Source: Vicugna vicugna (Eukaryota). Taken from it: a stretch of 64,000 nt of DNA. Under the pieces are notes generated by a model, which was not told the origin of the DNA, did no database searches, and saw nothing but the letters and a program-made list of their open reading frames with translations. How positions within the stretch are numbered: position 1 is the stretch's first letter; each line of letters starts with the position of its first letter. Shown here piece by piece: positions 25,441-39,584 of this stretch. A program made the position numbers and the translations under genes. The DNA lies in NCBI GenBank assembly GCA_013265495.1, contig MU058153.1, positions 1,428,001-1,492,000 of the forward strand. The letters run 5' to 3'.

Positions 25441-26285
25441 TTTGCTTCACGCATTGTGTAGTTAAATGACATCATGTAATTTTTTAATTGTCCTGGTATT
25501 TAGTTACTTCCTCTTTATAGGAGCAAGAATAATCACTATTTCATAGTATTATAATGAAAAGAATAATGAATATATCTAAAACCAAAAAGAGATAACCAAT
25601 AAAGTGTGACCACCAGAATGCTCGCATTCTACAGTTTGTAAGAGATCATGCCTGTTGAGTGACCTCCGGTCTTTTCTTGTGTTTATGCTTCGTTCCTGCA
25701 AAGATTACTGACTCGCCAAATGCATCACTACTGCCTGCAGTATCCCAATGAGATTATCTGATTTTGGTCGATTTTAAACTACCCAAACCTGAAAAGACAA
25801 ACCTATCTCCCGTTTAGAACTTTAAGTAAAACCTCAGCTCAGGAAATAAAGATATGCAGGGCCGATTCACTTCTGAGGTGAGAAAAAGTCTTTCATCACA
25901 AGTTGGTGTTCAGATCACAGTGGTTTTTTGTTTGTTTGTTTTGTTTTGTTTTCAGTCCAAATAAGTGGTTAACTATTCTACAGAATAAGCAAAGTTGGAT
26001 AACTTTAAACTGTTTTCCACTAAATTGGGAAGGGATGAATATCTTGTCAGGAAAAAAGGCAATATCATACCGTCTGTGCTGTTTTATTTAATCAGGTCCC
26101 TCTGATTTTGAAATTTCAAAATAAGCCTCACTTTTTTTGTGACTGGATCTGTGAGGAAAAAATAAAAAGCTAGAGATTCACTGTACATTTTAGTGAACAA
26201 AGCATTCTAGATATGATGTATTTAGAGGTATCAGATTACTTTTATCTAGTTTTCTGAATGCAGTTTTCCAGGAAAGTTCATTAAA

Positions 26286-26372
26286 TGTGTGTGTGTGTGT
26301 GTACACACATATACAATATATTTTGTGTATATAATTGTTTTATATATGTGTGTGTGTATATATATATATATA
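26286..26372. repeat. (TG)n/(TA)n compound microsatellite
   Basis: Read directly from the sequence. Confidence 0.85.
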
Positions 26373-26651
26373 CTTTTTATTTCTTAAATATAGAGGAAAG
26401 TATTTTTTTCCCACTTTGACATCCAATGACTTTTGATCTCACTTTCTTTGACTCTAGAGTGTCATTTAGCAGTCACTTTTGTTTCACTTTTGGATGAAGT
26501 GTGAATTCAGTGCATTTTATAATACAGTATACAGCCATTGGGAAATGAGACTCATTTTAATTACCTCTTTCCATGAGCCTAACACTCCTGGGTATATAAG
26601 GATGAAAAAAAAAAGCACAATCACTGCTCATGTGGTCCCCATGATCTAAAG

Positions 26652-26863
26652 CAGTGGATGTAAACTGCCACCACTCAGGGGACACTTGACACTATCTAGA
26701 GACATATTTGGTTGTCACAGTTGAAGGGGAGATGCTACTGGCATTCAGTGGGTCGAGTCCCAGGATGCTGCTAAACATCCTGCAATTCCCAGGGCAGCCC
26801 TGTAAACAAAACAGTGATAATTATATAACCCCAAAAGGCAGCAGTGCTGGGTTGAAACACCTT
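26652..26863. mobile_element. MER20 hAT MITE (inside a minus-strand L2 at about 26560-27090)
   Basis: ggggacacttgacactatctagagacatatttggttgtcaca...gctactggcattcagtgggtcgag...ggatgctgctaaacatcctgcaat. Confidence 0.85.
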
Positions 26864-28409
26864 GTCTGTAGGGTAGAGAAGTATATAATACACCATGAGA
26901 AGTGCTATTTAGGGACATGAAGGAAGTGCAGGGGGAACTCAAAGGAAGGAGAACTAGGGGTGGGGAGATGTTGGAAAAAGCTTCGTGGAGGAAGTGACTT
27001 TGGTGCTTGGCACAAAACAATGAAGAATGGCTTCCCTAGGAAAGGCAGAGAGCATTCTGGGTAGAGGTGCAAAGTTGAGAAAATCACAGAAAACTAATCA
27101 TGCCTCAGTGCTTTTACCGTACGCGGGTACCACTGAGGCAGACTTTGATTCATGGATATATGCAAATCAGTGAAATGACCTACTGTATGTGGGAGGGTTT
27201 CTGTTTGTTTGTTTGTTTGAAATGTTTATGCTGCATATGCAAAACCTCCTAAGAAAAGACAAAAATCATTTTCCACTAGTGGGAAGAAACTTTCCTGGTA
27301 TCCTGGCTTTAATGTCCCCCTAGAGCAGTCACTGTGTTTACAGACTGACCGCTAAATCTTCCTCTCTTCCAAACCTTTCTAGGACATGAACTTTGGAAAA
27401 GGGCTTTACACGGCTTAGAACCATTTAGGAGATAACATGATTGCTATATCTGGAAAACCCAGAATATGAAGGCCTTCAAAGGCTCTCCGATGGAAAAAAA
27501 AAAAAAAAAAGATCAGAGAGTCAGGCAGTGTTTCTGTAGTACTAATGGTACTGTGTGGTGGCCCAGAGTGTGGGAGCATCCCTTCCAGAACTTACTCTCG
27601 TGGGAAGAATTTCTCTTTGTTCCCATTTTCTTCTTCAAATGCATGTAATGGTATCTATATCATGTGATTGTTTTGAAGATGAAATACCATACCATTTACA
27701 GCCTGACCTGTAGTAGGGATTCAGTATCAGTTCCTTTCTCTTCCCTCCATTGTGGTGTGAAAACATGGGGACCTTAAGTACGATTCTAGCCTTCCTGGTT
27801 GGCAGAGAAGACTCCGCAAAGGGTAGCTTTATAGCAGGAAAATGCTGAGTGCTACGGGCAGATAATGAGGTGGTTTAAGAACCTTTCAATTAACAAAATG
27901 AAACAAGTGTGGTACAGACAGTGGGTACGCAGATGTTTTTGAAATGTTGATGCTGACAGCACACATGGTGATTTAAAAAGGGCAATGTTTAAATTAGTTT
28001 TACAAAAAGGAAGGAGTTATAGGATTCAAGGGACAGGAGTGTAAGGTTGAAAGCAAGCAAGATTAGTTTCAACTAAAGAAAAATTCAGAACCTTGAGTGA
28101 TTAAAAGATAACCATAAACTCTACCTGGGGAAATGGTGTCACTTTATCTCCTGCTCAGCAGGTTGTATTATTCCTCTTTGCTGCTGTGTATAAAGATGCT
28201 TAGATTCCAGATAAGTCATGGCAGGAATAGTAAACAAATTATTTTCTGTTTCCTGTGAGCATAAATACTGGAATGAATATATTTATATATATATATATAT
28301 ATGACACATATATGTTCACATACATGCCTTTTATTTCTAATGTTTATATTTTAGTTTCAAATTTCATGGAATGGTGAATTTTATTATTAAAGAATGAGCT
28401 ACTTCTATT

Positions 28410-28549
28410 GGGGGAGGGTACAGCTCAGTGGTGGAGTGCATGCCTAGTATGCACAAGGTCCTGGGTTCAATTCCCAGGACTTCTGTTTAAAATAAATAAA
28501 TAAATAAACCTAAAAAAAAATTACCTCCCCCACTTAAGAGAAAAAAAAA
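28410..28549 (+). mobile_element. Camelid tRNA-derived SINE (Vic-1-like)
   Basis: gggggagggtacagctcagtggtggagtgcatgcctagtatgcacaaggtcctgggttcaattccc; (aaat)n and A tail; about 20-bp TSD aaagaatgagctacttctat / aaagaattagctgcttctat. Confidence 0.9.
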
Positions 28550-30159
28550 AAAGAATTAGCTGCTTCTATCATCCAAAAAAGGTAGAAATCAAAATATGAT
28601 ACTGCTACTTATAGCCTGTTATGTAAGCAGTGATTTGAGGGTTCAAACGAGGATCGTTAAAAAATCAGAAGATAGCGTTCAGTTTCTTTTAGTTAATATC
28701 TTTCCCTCCGGTACAAATATTAGTGGTGAGGGAAACCACATGCTTCTGTTCATATTTCTCCTACTAATGGGAGATGAGATGATTTTCATCACAGTTAAGT
28801 TAGAAGAATGAATCTGTCATACATGTCACCTCACAGAAGCATCTAAATGAAATGCCAATGTTATCATTTTCCACATCCCTTAACCACCATGGAGATTAAG
28901 TACTAAATCAAAAGTCTGCAGAGTTAACCAAAAACAAAGTAATATTGAGTATTTGATGTCTGGGGAAAAAGTATAGACCAACTCTATTCATTTCTTTTTT
29001 CTTTTTCCTCTAGCAAATTTTTCTTCTTTATTATGATATTAACTACAGTCTATCAGTTACTGTAACTATTTAGGTAGCTGGTGCATTCCCAACTAGCATT
29101 TAAAATGCTTGTGACAGATAGCAACTCTTAATACACTGTGCCAAACACAGTGTCTGCATGTAGTAGATATTAAAAGAATAGTTGTCAAATGGAAATTGAA
29201 TGACCTTAAAAAATCATATGCGTGGTATATATAGGCAGCCTAGCACACAATGAGCATGTGCACGGCTCTCAATGAACATGGGCTGAATAAATGCAGGAAT
29301 CATGAATGCTGACTTTTGCCATTAAGTCGCTGTGGGACATGATCAAATCACTCATTTTTCTCATCAGTAATACAAGGTGTTTCCTAGTTGAAGGATGCTT
29401 TTCTACCTACTCTTCAGACTCCTGGAATGTACTTCAGTAATTCCAGGAAGAATGAAATACTTCTTTAGCCAATGATAGATATGTAAAGTGCCTTAGTTTA
29501 TGTTGGACTAAGATATTCTTTAAAAAGAAGAGCTCCACACTAAAACTGTATGGAAAATATTGGTGGAAATTTGCCTTTTTAAATCAGCTTGAATACGTAA
29601 GAGCTAAAAAACCATCCAGCTGTTACTGTAGTACCATAGAGAATGAACAAGAGGTCCTGCTATTCCAGAAGCCACATTCAAATGAATGTGGCATTGATTT
29701 CATAACAATATTGGAGACTTTTCTTAATTGCAAAGGCATATAACAGGTCCTTCACTACAGATAAAAAGAAATGTATGTTCATTTGTCATCCATACCAGAA
29801 GCTTCAACGAATAATGATTTTTAACAGCACAGAATAAAATATTTTATTTTTTCTCTTTTCCTTACTCCATATTCTCCTTTTATTTAAGAGTGCAGAAAGC
29901 ATTTTATCGGATTGCTTTTTTGATAGACTTTTGGGTAGCATGGGCTTGTTTCCCTCTCCTCAGACAATGTAGATTGACAGGTTGGAAGGTAAAACTTTGC
30001 TGTTTGGATGGATCTGTTGGAATGTAAAGATGGCTATTGGTTGGTGTTAATTAAACTCTAAAGTCAAAGATGCTGACTCTAAGACACTTATCTGTGGCTT
30101 AGTAATACTCACAATAATAACAGTAGCAAATAACAGTGGTGATATTAATACTAATTAAA

Positions 30160-30335
30160 AGCTCTATTTAATTTTATTTGTTGCTTGCTCGCACCAGGCA
30201 CTGGGCTAAATCCTTTAAATATGTATTCTAATGTATTCCTCATGACAACCCTGCATGCCAGCTCCCATCATTGCAAAAGAGAAAAATGAGCACTTTTCCC
30301 AAGGTTAATACTTAGTATGTGGTGAAGCAAGATTC
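30160..30335 (-). mobile_element. MIR SINE
   Basis: ccaggcactgggctaaatcctttaaatatg...tcctcatgacaaccctg...cccaaggt. Confidence 0.65.
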
Positions 30336-33300
30336 AGTCAACTTACAGTCTAATAGGAATGAAAATGAAAGGACACGCACAGATTTCACACAATAGTAGA
30401 ATGTGAGTGTGATAACCGAGACACATACACGTTTATGTTTCTAAGATTGTTCATCCGTGTATTGGTTCATTCATTCATTTGTACAGCTATGCTCTCAAGG
30501 TTCACAGTATTACTTTTACCCAGAATTCCAGAGCTGGCAGGTCCTCAGAGCTCCTCCAGTCCTTACACCCATTGCCAGCATCCCTTTCTGTAGCATCCTC
30601 AGGAGCTGGGCCCAGAACCCTTATGCTGAGTACCTTTACCAATAAACAGGCTCCCTGCAGGCGGGGACTGTCCGCTGTTCAGTGCCTATAGGTGGGACTT
30701 GAGCCAAAGCACGTTTCCCTCTACCTTCCCTTCTTGGTTTTGCCTAATAGAGCCGGTGGAGCCAATTAAAAGTGCCTGAGCATGTTTTTCAACAAGCTAA
30801 CCCTTCTCTGAGGCCACTATTCGGCTTCTTCTCACCACCAAGCCTTCTCATGGGGTTAACATCCCAGTGTTGCTGTGAGGTTAGAACTGCGCACTTACGC
30901 CAAGTGTTTAGGAAAGTGACCAACACGTAATAAGCACTCTACAAATGACAGGTGATAATAATAATAGTGATAGATGCTTATTGGATGAGACAGGGTTTAT
31001 GGAATTCTTATTCTCTTGGCTGACCGCATCCTGTATACAATTATTTGGACGTAGATAGTAGCTTTCATTTAGACTTTCCTTAAATGTGTTGCTGCTGACG
31101 GGACGCAGTGTTTCAGGTTCACTGGGGTACGTCATTAAATGGAGCCCAATCAATTAAACTTTGATTTAGTGATTGACTTAACTGATGGGGCATTGGCAGT
31201 GCCCACTTTCGCATACAGAATATCCGGGTCCTGCCTTGTTGTTGTATTCAGTGTCCTTTAAAAATTCTAAACCATGGCCCGACTTTCTGATTGCTCACGA
31301 GAAAATAGTAAGGATAAAAAGAAAAAGGGAAGGATGGAAACTCATTTATAAAAGTAAACAGAAGCTATTTCCATGATCCCACCCTAGATGAATGAGGAAT
31401 GGAAAATAAGTGAATGTAGCGAAAGGCTGACCATTGATCGTGACAGGTCCTCCGTTCAAAGGCTTGAATTCGCCTTTTTCACTAAGCATACCAACTCTTT
31501 ATTAACATAATAAAATTGTAGTAAAATAAAAAGGTTTCGCTACGCACTGGACAAGGCCAGACGGCTGATTCGAAGATGGTAAAATGTGCAGCTCCCTGGA
31601 GCCTGGAGTACCTTTTAAGGCTGCTTTTGAGTGACTTGTCCGTCCGGGTGGGGAGTCTTCAGGAGGAAATGCGTCTTTGCCTGGGGTTGGGTCAAGGGCT
31701 GGGTTCCCAGGGCTCCAAGGAACCTTGAGGAGAAATCCCTGAGGCAAAGCCCAGACAGAGGGAGTCTCCAGATCCTCGGAAGGGGGAGGAGAGGATTCAC
31801 CATCACTCCAGACTGGTTTTCAGTTGCAACATCCCTCAGGCAAAGAATATGCCAACAGCCGTTCTCTCCTGATCTGACTCTGGTGGCCGTGGCAGCCTCC
31901 CAGGTTCTGAAGTCTCAAGCTGAGATACGGTGTCAGGCAGCTGGAGCACCAGCAGTGCCAGGGGCCACTTCAATACCTTTTCATCTGCTTGTGCATTGCT
32001 TTTGGAGGGGGAGATGCCCCAGGATGTGGCTCCTCCTCTTGCAGGAATAATGGCGCTTTCCAGCTGTCTGGGATCCTGTATCACCGAGTCCGATCACCTC
32101 ATTTTGCAGGTCACGAAACTGAGGCTGAGAGAGGGGGGCCTTGCCCAGAGTTACTCAGCTAGTCCGTGACAGACCGCCGTGGAGCTCACGGTCAGCTGCG
32201 TGGCCTCGCTGGGCTTCTCTTCCCAAATCTGTAAAATGGAAGTGAGGGGTAGGTCTACACTGTCTAAAATCCCTTCTTATTCTAATATTCTGCTGATAGG
32301 ATTTTTAACTTTAAACTCCGAACTACCAGTGTGAGTTCCAGTTCTTGCAGCAAGCAAGAAGCTCTTATAAAAATGATGCATTTGGGGGTGTCTAAACGAC
32401 AGTGTTGAAGCATCCTGATGCAGGCTAAAGTCCTAGTCGATATTTTGCATTGTGTGCGGATCCTTAACTCAGTATAGGGCGTAGATTTGAATTCCACGTT
32501 TTGAAAACGTACCCTGGTTGTGAGTATGGTTGATAAGTTACTCTGTTGTGTCCTAACACTACAAACAGCTGCTTAATAGAACGAATAATACATGTTTCTT
32601 TATTAATACTGCCTTATGTTTTACTCACGGCTGAAAAGTTCAGGTCACATGAGAGAGTAAGGATGCTGACGAGGTCCTGCCGTACAGGATAACAATGCCT
32701 AAGTCTGCTTTTAATTTGTTGAAAACTATTGTTTATGAACAAGGATTGGCTTTTTTTCTCTCTCATTTCTTCAGTGGACACATTTTAGAAAAATTGACAG
32801 CAAGTCCGTTATGTAATGGCAGCTGTAAAAGCTTTCATCAAGAGTGTGCATGTTTGGTGTCTCTGTATGAAATAAGCTGGCTGGGTTCTGGGGGTGGCAA
32901 GAGTGAAATAAACCTGGGGTTTCAAGTCATTGTCTCTCTGGATTATGGAGGAGGGGGTGCGTGTGTAGGAGGCCCATGAAACTTAATATCCCTTTTCCGT
33001 TTCTTTCCCCTAAATTCATAATGCAAGTCTTTCTAGTCTTTTCAGATTCCCCGTCAGGTACCTTAAATATCCGTCCCCCTCTGTTAAATATGTGAACTTA
33101 ATTTATTTCTGAAGTACAGCTTATAATGCAGAGAATTCTGAGATTAGAAGAATTTGTTAGTTATGAGGGAAGCATCTTTATACCATTATTCATGTCGTTT
33201 TCAGATACTTATTACCTAGATGGCATTTGTTAAGTTATATATAGTAGTGTTTTCAGGGATATTATAAGGATCAAATGAGATAATGTATATGAAAGAAATG

Positions 33301-33491
33301 TGTACAATAAAGCATGATAGAAATCTTTTTTTTATGCTGCACATTAAAGCAAATGGATAAATATATAGAAAACAGTAAGGGGTAGAGAAGGAGAGCGTGT
33401 GAGAAGCAAATACTTTACTTTTACAATAAAACTCATGGCTTAGAACAAAGAGACTACCAGGATGCAAATGAAATATCGCTGCTGGAGTATC

Positions 33492-33656
33492 CAGTGCTCA
33501 GCTTCTGAAAATGTTACATACATTTGAGTTGCTTGAGGATACTGTTAAATGCAAAGTCTGATTCTGTAGGTCTAGGTCTGAAAGTCTGCTTTTCTGAAAT
33601 TCTTCCATCTGATGCAGCTGCTGCTGCTGCTGGTCTCCAGTACTTTGAGTAGCAAT
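33492..33656. mobile_element. MER5A-like hAT MITE
   Basis: gttaaatgcaaagtctgattctgtaggtctagg...gctgctggtctccagtactttgagtagcaa. Confidence 0.7.
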
Positions 33657-35490
33657 ATCCTGCTCCATCAGATTAAGAGGTGTGGCCGAAAGTAAGCTAG
33701 GTGTCTCACCGGGAAAGAAGTCAATTTGTTAACATGTTTGTTGGGATTTCGTCTCTCAAGGGAATACCATCCAGCCTGGTTAAGGCACCCACCCACCCCG
33801 GCCCTTGCCACACAATGTAGGAGCTTTCTGCACTGTCTGGTTTTATTATTAAGTGTTGAGAAAGCATTCTGCTTCTCTTGGCTGGGCTTTCTAGTGGAAA
33901 GATGGCAGCTAGAGAGAGGTTTAGACACAACACAATTAGGAATAAGGAAGATCTTGGGAGCCAACACATTAGGAAGGCGGTGGAGTTCTTTTTTGCTTCT
34001 TTAGCAGGCCTTATCTCATAGAGGCCACTGAATCCTGCCTGAAGAATTTTGGACATGCCATTGGTTGTCTGAGCCGTCTACTCTCCCTTGGGATGTTGCA
34101 TATTTACACTGAGCTGGGTGACTCACTTCTCCAAGATAAATATGAAAGAGGCAGGAACCGTGTGTGATGTCCCTCGTTTTTTGATATTCTCCCTTCCATT
34201 CGATACACATTGACTAAGTCCTAGGTTACAAAGGAGCGGACCACTGGCAGGGACATAAAGATCACGAGAGGCGGTCCCAGGGCTTCTCAGTTTGCATTTA
34301 GACAAACTGACATAAGTGACAGACAGACACGCCAACCCAATACAAAGCAGGCTGTGTCTAAAAAAAAATCTAGCTCTGGAAGTATCGTGTTAGAGATCTG
34401 AAAAAAATATAGAAATCAGCTCTGCTGGGGAGGGAGTTAGGAAGACTTTGCGAAGGGGGAAGAATTTGGAACATGGTCATTTGCACATGGAGGCCAGAAG
34501 ACAGCTGGAGGCAAAGTCTTTGTTGTATTGCAGGCATATAAATAGAGAGCTCGAGCCAAGAGACATAGGTTAGTGTCATTTGACTAACACAGTGCTGAGA
34601 TTAAAATATCATTCTTTGGAATTCAGGCTAACTCCTAGAGCTTGAGTGGGATTGTTGGAGGTGAGGGAGGACCTGTCTGGATGGTGTTTTTGCTGTTGCT
34701 CCTCTCAAATTTTGATTTGAGGCCTAGTTCATTGGAATCTGCAGGAAAAAGGATCACCTTATATACAAACACCTGTCCTTAGCATATAGGACACAGCACT
34801 TCAGAAGGTACATCAGTCAGGGACGGGAGAGGGAAATATTTTCAAACTGCCTTAGAAGTGTGTTTTCATGGTCAGCCATTTACCCATTCGGTGATCCTCC
34901 TTTACAACCCTGACACTCCCATGGGATAAGGATGTTCATTTCCCTAACTTGTGTGAATTAAAATTCCTTTTTAAATGAACTTTGCCGTGATGGTTACTTT
35001 GCAGTGTTGGTTGGTTGTAAAGAAGAAGCCTTTTTATATCTCTTTGATATGATGGCACTTAGACATTTAAAAAAATAATAATTCTGGAACCCTCCTCTGG
35101 TTGCTGATTGCCTTGCCGGGTGCCATTGGCTGGGTGGGGTACTGGGGTACCATCTGGGATTTCTGTAGTCCATGCAGTCTAAGGATTAAGTGCAGACAGA
35201 AGTGAGGATAATCAAAGGACATTAGTCATTATCAAATCCAAGAGCAAGTTTGGGGTCATTGCCAGGAGGCGAAGTACATTAAAAAATCAGAGGTAATCAA
35301 GAACATGTCAAGAAATAGTTGGATAAAGCAGTGCCCACTTGTTCTTACTGGATATTGAGTGTGTTGGCTGAGACTGGCTTAGAGAACCAAGAAAGTATTT
35401 GAAAACATCGTTCCGTCTTCTGTATTGCCCACCCATGGACAATATTCTCTTAAGAGTGCAGATGAACGAAATGAAGCTTGTGCTATTATG

Positions 35491-35840
35491 CAGTTGGCCC
35501 TCTATATCTGCAGGGTCCACATCCGAAGACTCAACCAACCATGGATCAAAAATATTCAGGAAAAAAAAAATTCTGGAAAGTTCCAAAAAGTAAACCTTGA
35601 ATTTACCATGCTGGCAGCTATTCACATAGCATTTACATTGTCTTCACAGCTGTTTACAGAGCACTTAACTTGTAATAGGGATTATAAGTAATCTAGAGAT
35701 GATTTAAAGTATATGGGAGGATGTGGGTAGGTTATATGCAAACACCATGCCATTTTACATAAAGGACTTGAGCATCTGAGGATTGGGGGATCTGTGGGTG
35801 TCCTGGAAACCAATCTCCGCACAGATACCGAGGTCGACTG
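35491..35840. mobile_element. Tigger3a-like TcMar non-autonomous element
   Basis: TIRs cagttggccctctatatctg ... acagataccgaggtcgactg followed by TA; internal taagtaatctagagatgatttaaagtata...ggacttgagcatc. Confidence 0.9.
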
Positions 35841-36334
35841 TATTAACTTCAGATCCTTTTGCATTCCACTAAGCAAAGTGATGTACCACCTGTGCTAAAA
35901 ATGCGTTTTAAATGTATCTGAATTAATTAAAAGCCAAGAGACTCCAGACACGGTTGACTCTATGAGACTCTGATTTTTATTTTTTTTTATGAAGTCCATT
36001 CAGCTGTGGCTTTTTACAGGTTACTTTGCACCCTTTGTCATTTGTTCTGTCATTGCTTCTTCTTTAACTTCCCTCTTCTCCCTCTCGCACTCCGATGTTG
36101 GTGCTCTGAGACATCATTATTTTGGTTCTTGTAGCTTGCTGTCCATTACAAAGCCAGGTAGTAACCAAACATCAATGGCATAAATATTTCCTACTGAGAG
36201 TTAATTTGACAATCATCTAGCATTCATCCCTTTTGTTTTTGACTTTAAACATACGAATAAGACACTAAAAGGAATTATAGGGGAGAGTAAAAGAGAGGGA
36301 TGTGAGAATAATGGAAAAGGAATGAGGAAATAAA

Positions 36335-36560
36335 ACCAACATATGTTAGGTGCCAACATGTACCAAAGACTTCGCTAGTTCCCTTATAGACGTGGTGCTG
36401 CTCTGTCCTTGCCATGACATTGTGTTGGGGACGTCGTCAAGCCTGCTTTACCACTGGGCAGATAGAGAGGAAGGGAGGTTCTAGTTAGAGATGAAAGTCA
36501 CGCAGGTGCCCACCAGCAGAGCTGAGCGAGTACCTGGATCTCTAACTGCTCTCTGCCGTC
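36335..36560 (-). mobile_element. MIR SINE (degenerate)
   Basis: accaacatatgttaggtgccaacatgtacca...aagtcacgcag...cagcagagctgag. Confidence 0.55.
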
Positions 36561-37398
36561 AGGCTCAAAATGGGACGGTTGGTGGCTGCAGTGAAAGTGC
36601 CCATCCTTCTCTGTTCACGGAGCAGCTTGGACTCTGCCGAGATAAACCATTTAGTTAAAAGGCAGAAAAAGAATGAGATTGAGTAAAAGCTACAGTTTCA
36701 CTCCCTTCCAACCAGATGAGTGACAACTGCCACTATGCAAAGATGAGTTCGTTTGGGAACAGCACATGAATTGCAATTCAGGACAAGCAAACTATGGCAA
36801 AACACACTGGAAGAAACAAAGGGGAGGCCAGCCTTTGTTGGGTCTGGGAAGAAATCGGGGAGGGTTGTTTTGAACAGAAGTTTACTGGGGGAGGAGAATT
36901 TGGGGTTGCTGTGGTTTCTTTCTCTCAAGTGGTAGCAGTCTCTCTCTTCCTGCTGATCATGTCAGTTGAGACCAGAGGAGTACCTGTGTGAGAGCTCTCC
37001 CTTCATGGCTTCCTGACTCCATGTTAAATCAGGTTTCTTTTATCCATTTTCAAACCTTGAACCTAACATATATGGGCTGCTCTGTGGTGGTAATCATCTT
37101 TGGACCTGAATATGACCTGTCTATCCCTTAGTCAGCAATTAGGAACCATGCTGCGTGGCCCCAGAGCTGTCTAGTCCCTTGATATATAGTCTGTATATGC
37201 TTAATATGCAGAAATTGATTTTTCAAATAAATCAAGATGACCATGTGCGTCTGTGTGTGTGTGTCTGTGTGTGTGTTTTCTTTATAATCCCTATCTAGAC
37301 TTAGGTATTACTTGTAAAATACCTTCTCAGCTCTGCACATTTTTTTCTTTAAAGAGCCACATATTAGGCACTCACTGCATCCTACTGTTTTGGGAGTT

Positions 37399-37820
37399 GT
37401 GTTAGTCAGGATTGTCTGAACTCTGCTGTGGTAGCAGATCCATCCTAAAGTCCCAGTGGATTAACACAACAAAAGTTTATTTTTTGTGCTTGCTCAGGTT
37501 ACCGTGGGCCTGCCTGTTCTCCAGGGTGGCGCCCTCTCGCGTGATGAGGAGACCAGGCTATTTTACGCCTTTCCCTTCTCAACCCATGGCTTCCAGATTG
37601 TTATCACTGGGGAAAAGAGAATGGGAGTGTCCTCAGGGAGGATTTTCTCTGCCTCCCCTCCCCTAAAGTGACACATATACTATTTACAACCCACTTGTCC
37701 CAGGTCACCTGGCCCCACCTAACGGTGAGGACCCTGGCAGGGAGGGGCTGGACGTAGCCTTCTCTAAGTCCAAAAGGAAGAACTCATAGATCCTGGTGGG
37801 CACTGTTGAGGGACCACAAG
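37399..37820 (-). mobile_element. Old MaLR LTR (MLT1-like)
   Basis: tgtgttagtcagga...aaagtcccagtggattaacacaacaaaagtttatttt...gtcacctggccccacctaac. Confidence 0.65.
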
Positions 37821-39363
37821 TTCTGGGAGAACAAAGATGAAAAATCTTAAGTTACCTCCTATGAGAGCTGTGTAATCATATGAGGAAAACAATAATTACA
37901 GGGGGGTATTTAGGGCTGTATTACAATTTGGCAGGGCCGGTAGCTCCTTAAGCCCGCAGCTGCTGTTCTCTTTGGAGAGTTCCTTTTTCATCTGAAATAA
38001 GTGACTTGGGATTTAAAAATGCCTTGTGTTCTCTTGTGCTCATCCTGTCCACTTTGTTTTCTTCAGTCGAGGTCAAACCGTGTTTAAAAATGAAGCCTGG
38101 GTCTTAGGACTTCCTTTCTGGAACCAGTGACCTGATGGCAGCTGTTGGTTCAACAGAATCCAGGAAATTTTCCTTGCCCACCGTGAGCCACGGAGGGCAG
38201 AATGAACAGCTCCCTCTTTGTCGGCCACTTGTTCTTTATAAACACCTCAGCACTTACGACGGGCATTGTCAAATACAGAGATGGTTTTTCTGGCCTCAGC
38301 CATACAAACAGCAAAGCTTATGCATTGGGAGAGATCTATGCCTTGTGGGAAAATCAGAGTGAATGAATAAAAACTACAAATAAGGCCACGCAAGTTATGT
38401 TTAGGTTTGAGAGCGTGAACAGGTCCATGGGGCTGGGTTGAAAATGTCACGTTGCCAGAGTGTCTAGGTATTTTCTCTTTGTGTTGGGTACAGGTGCTTG
38501 GGTTACAACTCTTCTACGTAAAAATCCTCAGTGAAGAGCTAAAAAATTAGTGTCATGTCGATATGTAAGGAATGCAAGAATAAAAAACTATACCATTTTC
38601 TGAAAGTTTCTTTCAGGGTGAGAGCAATTTTCACTATTTGGATCTGATTTATAACTGTAACGTGCCTTATCATAGATTTAAGTATTTGGTTTTCACTGTC
38701 AGATGTTTCAACAATTGCTTTCTGTGCCTTGATTTTCAACTTCCATTGAATTTAAGTTATATCCATATAAAGGATTTGATTCTTCAGCATTTAGACATAT
38801 GTTAACGGCCTCTAAGTAAGTATTTTCATTGAATCTTGAGAGGAGGTATAGCTTTTGAGATTTTGAAGATAAACTCAAAAGGCAAACTATGAAAATCACA
38901 CAAATAATAGTAATGATAATAATATAATCATGCATATTCATTGGGCATTCATTATGATCCAAGTATCAAGCTAAGTGTTTCACCAGGATCTTTTCATTTA
39001 ATCTGCATGTTTATGAGAGGCAAGTATTCTTACTGGCCTCGCTTTACAAGGGCCTTAAGAGATGTTACATAAATTGCCTAGCATCACATGATCAGAAAGT
39101 ATCTGTCTGACCTACTTAAAGTTAGCCAACCCTTGACCTGCTACAAGATATTTGGTTAGTTTCTAAAGGTGGCAATAATACACTACACCAAAATATAGCC
39201 AAAGAAAACTTCAGCCTAAACTGTGTATTTTAACTTGCATAAAGGGAGTATAACTTAACAAAAGTACGGTAGTTAGAATGAAGTTTGGAGATATACCTTA
39301 AGCAGTAGGAGTACATTCAGTGTTTATCTGGAAGTATCTATAGCAAAAATCCAATACCTAGTA

Positions 39364-39550
39364 CAGTAGTCCTCAACCAGGGGCACTTTTGCCTCCTCAC
39401 CTAGGGGACAGTTGGCAAAGTGTAGAGACATTCTGTTGTGATGACCGGGAGGAGGGGTCGAGGCTAGAAATGTTCAAACATCCTACAGTGCATAGGGAAG
39501 CCCCAAGTATTATCCAGACCAAAATACCAGTAGCACCAAGGTTGGTCTTG
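39364..39550. mobile_element. MER20 hAT MITE
   Basis: cagtagtcctcaaccaggggcacttttgcc...ggggacagttggcaaagtgtagagacatt...aaacatcctacagtgcatagg. Confidence 0.85.
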
Positions 39551-39584
39551 TATAAAAGAGTCGTTTCTTGTTAGATAGGTGAAC

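Noticed and set aside
31631..32050. 139-aa ORF and overlapping ORFs in a GC-richer patch
   Set aside because: No recognisable domain or flanking splice signals; multiple open frames are expected at this GC content.
35308..35876. Cluster of ORFs suggestive of a transposase
   Set aside because: They overlap a non-autonomous Tigger3a-like MITE with no coding capacity.
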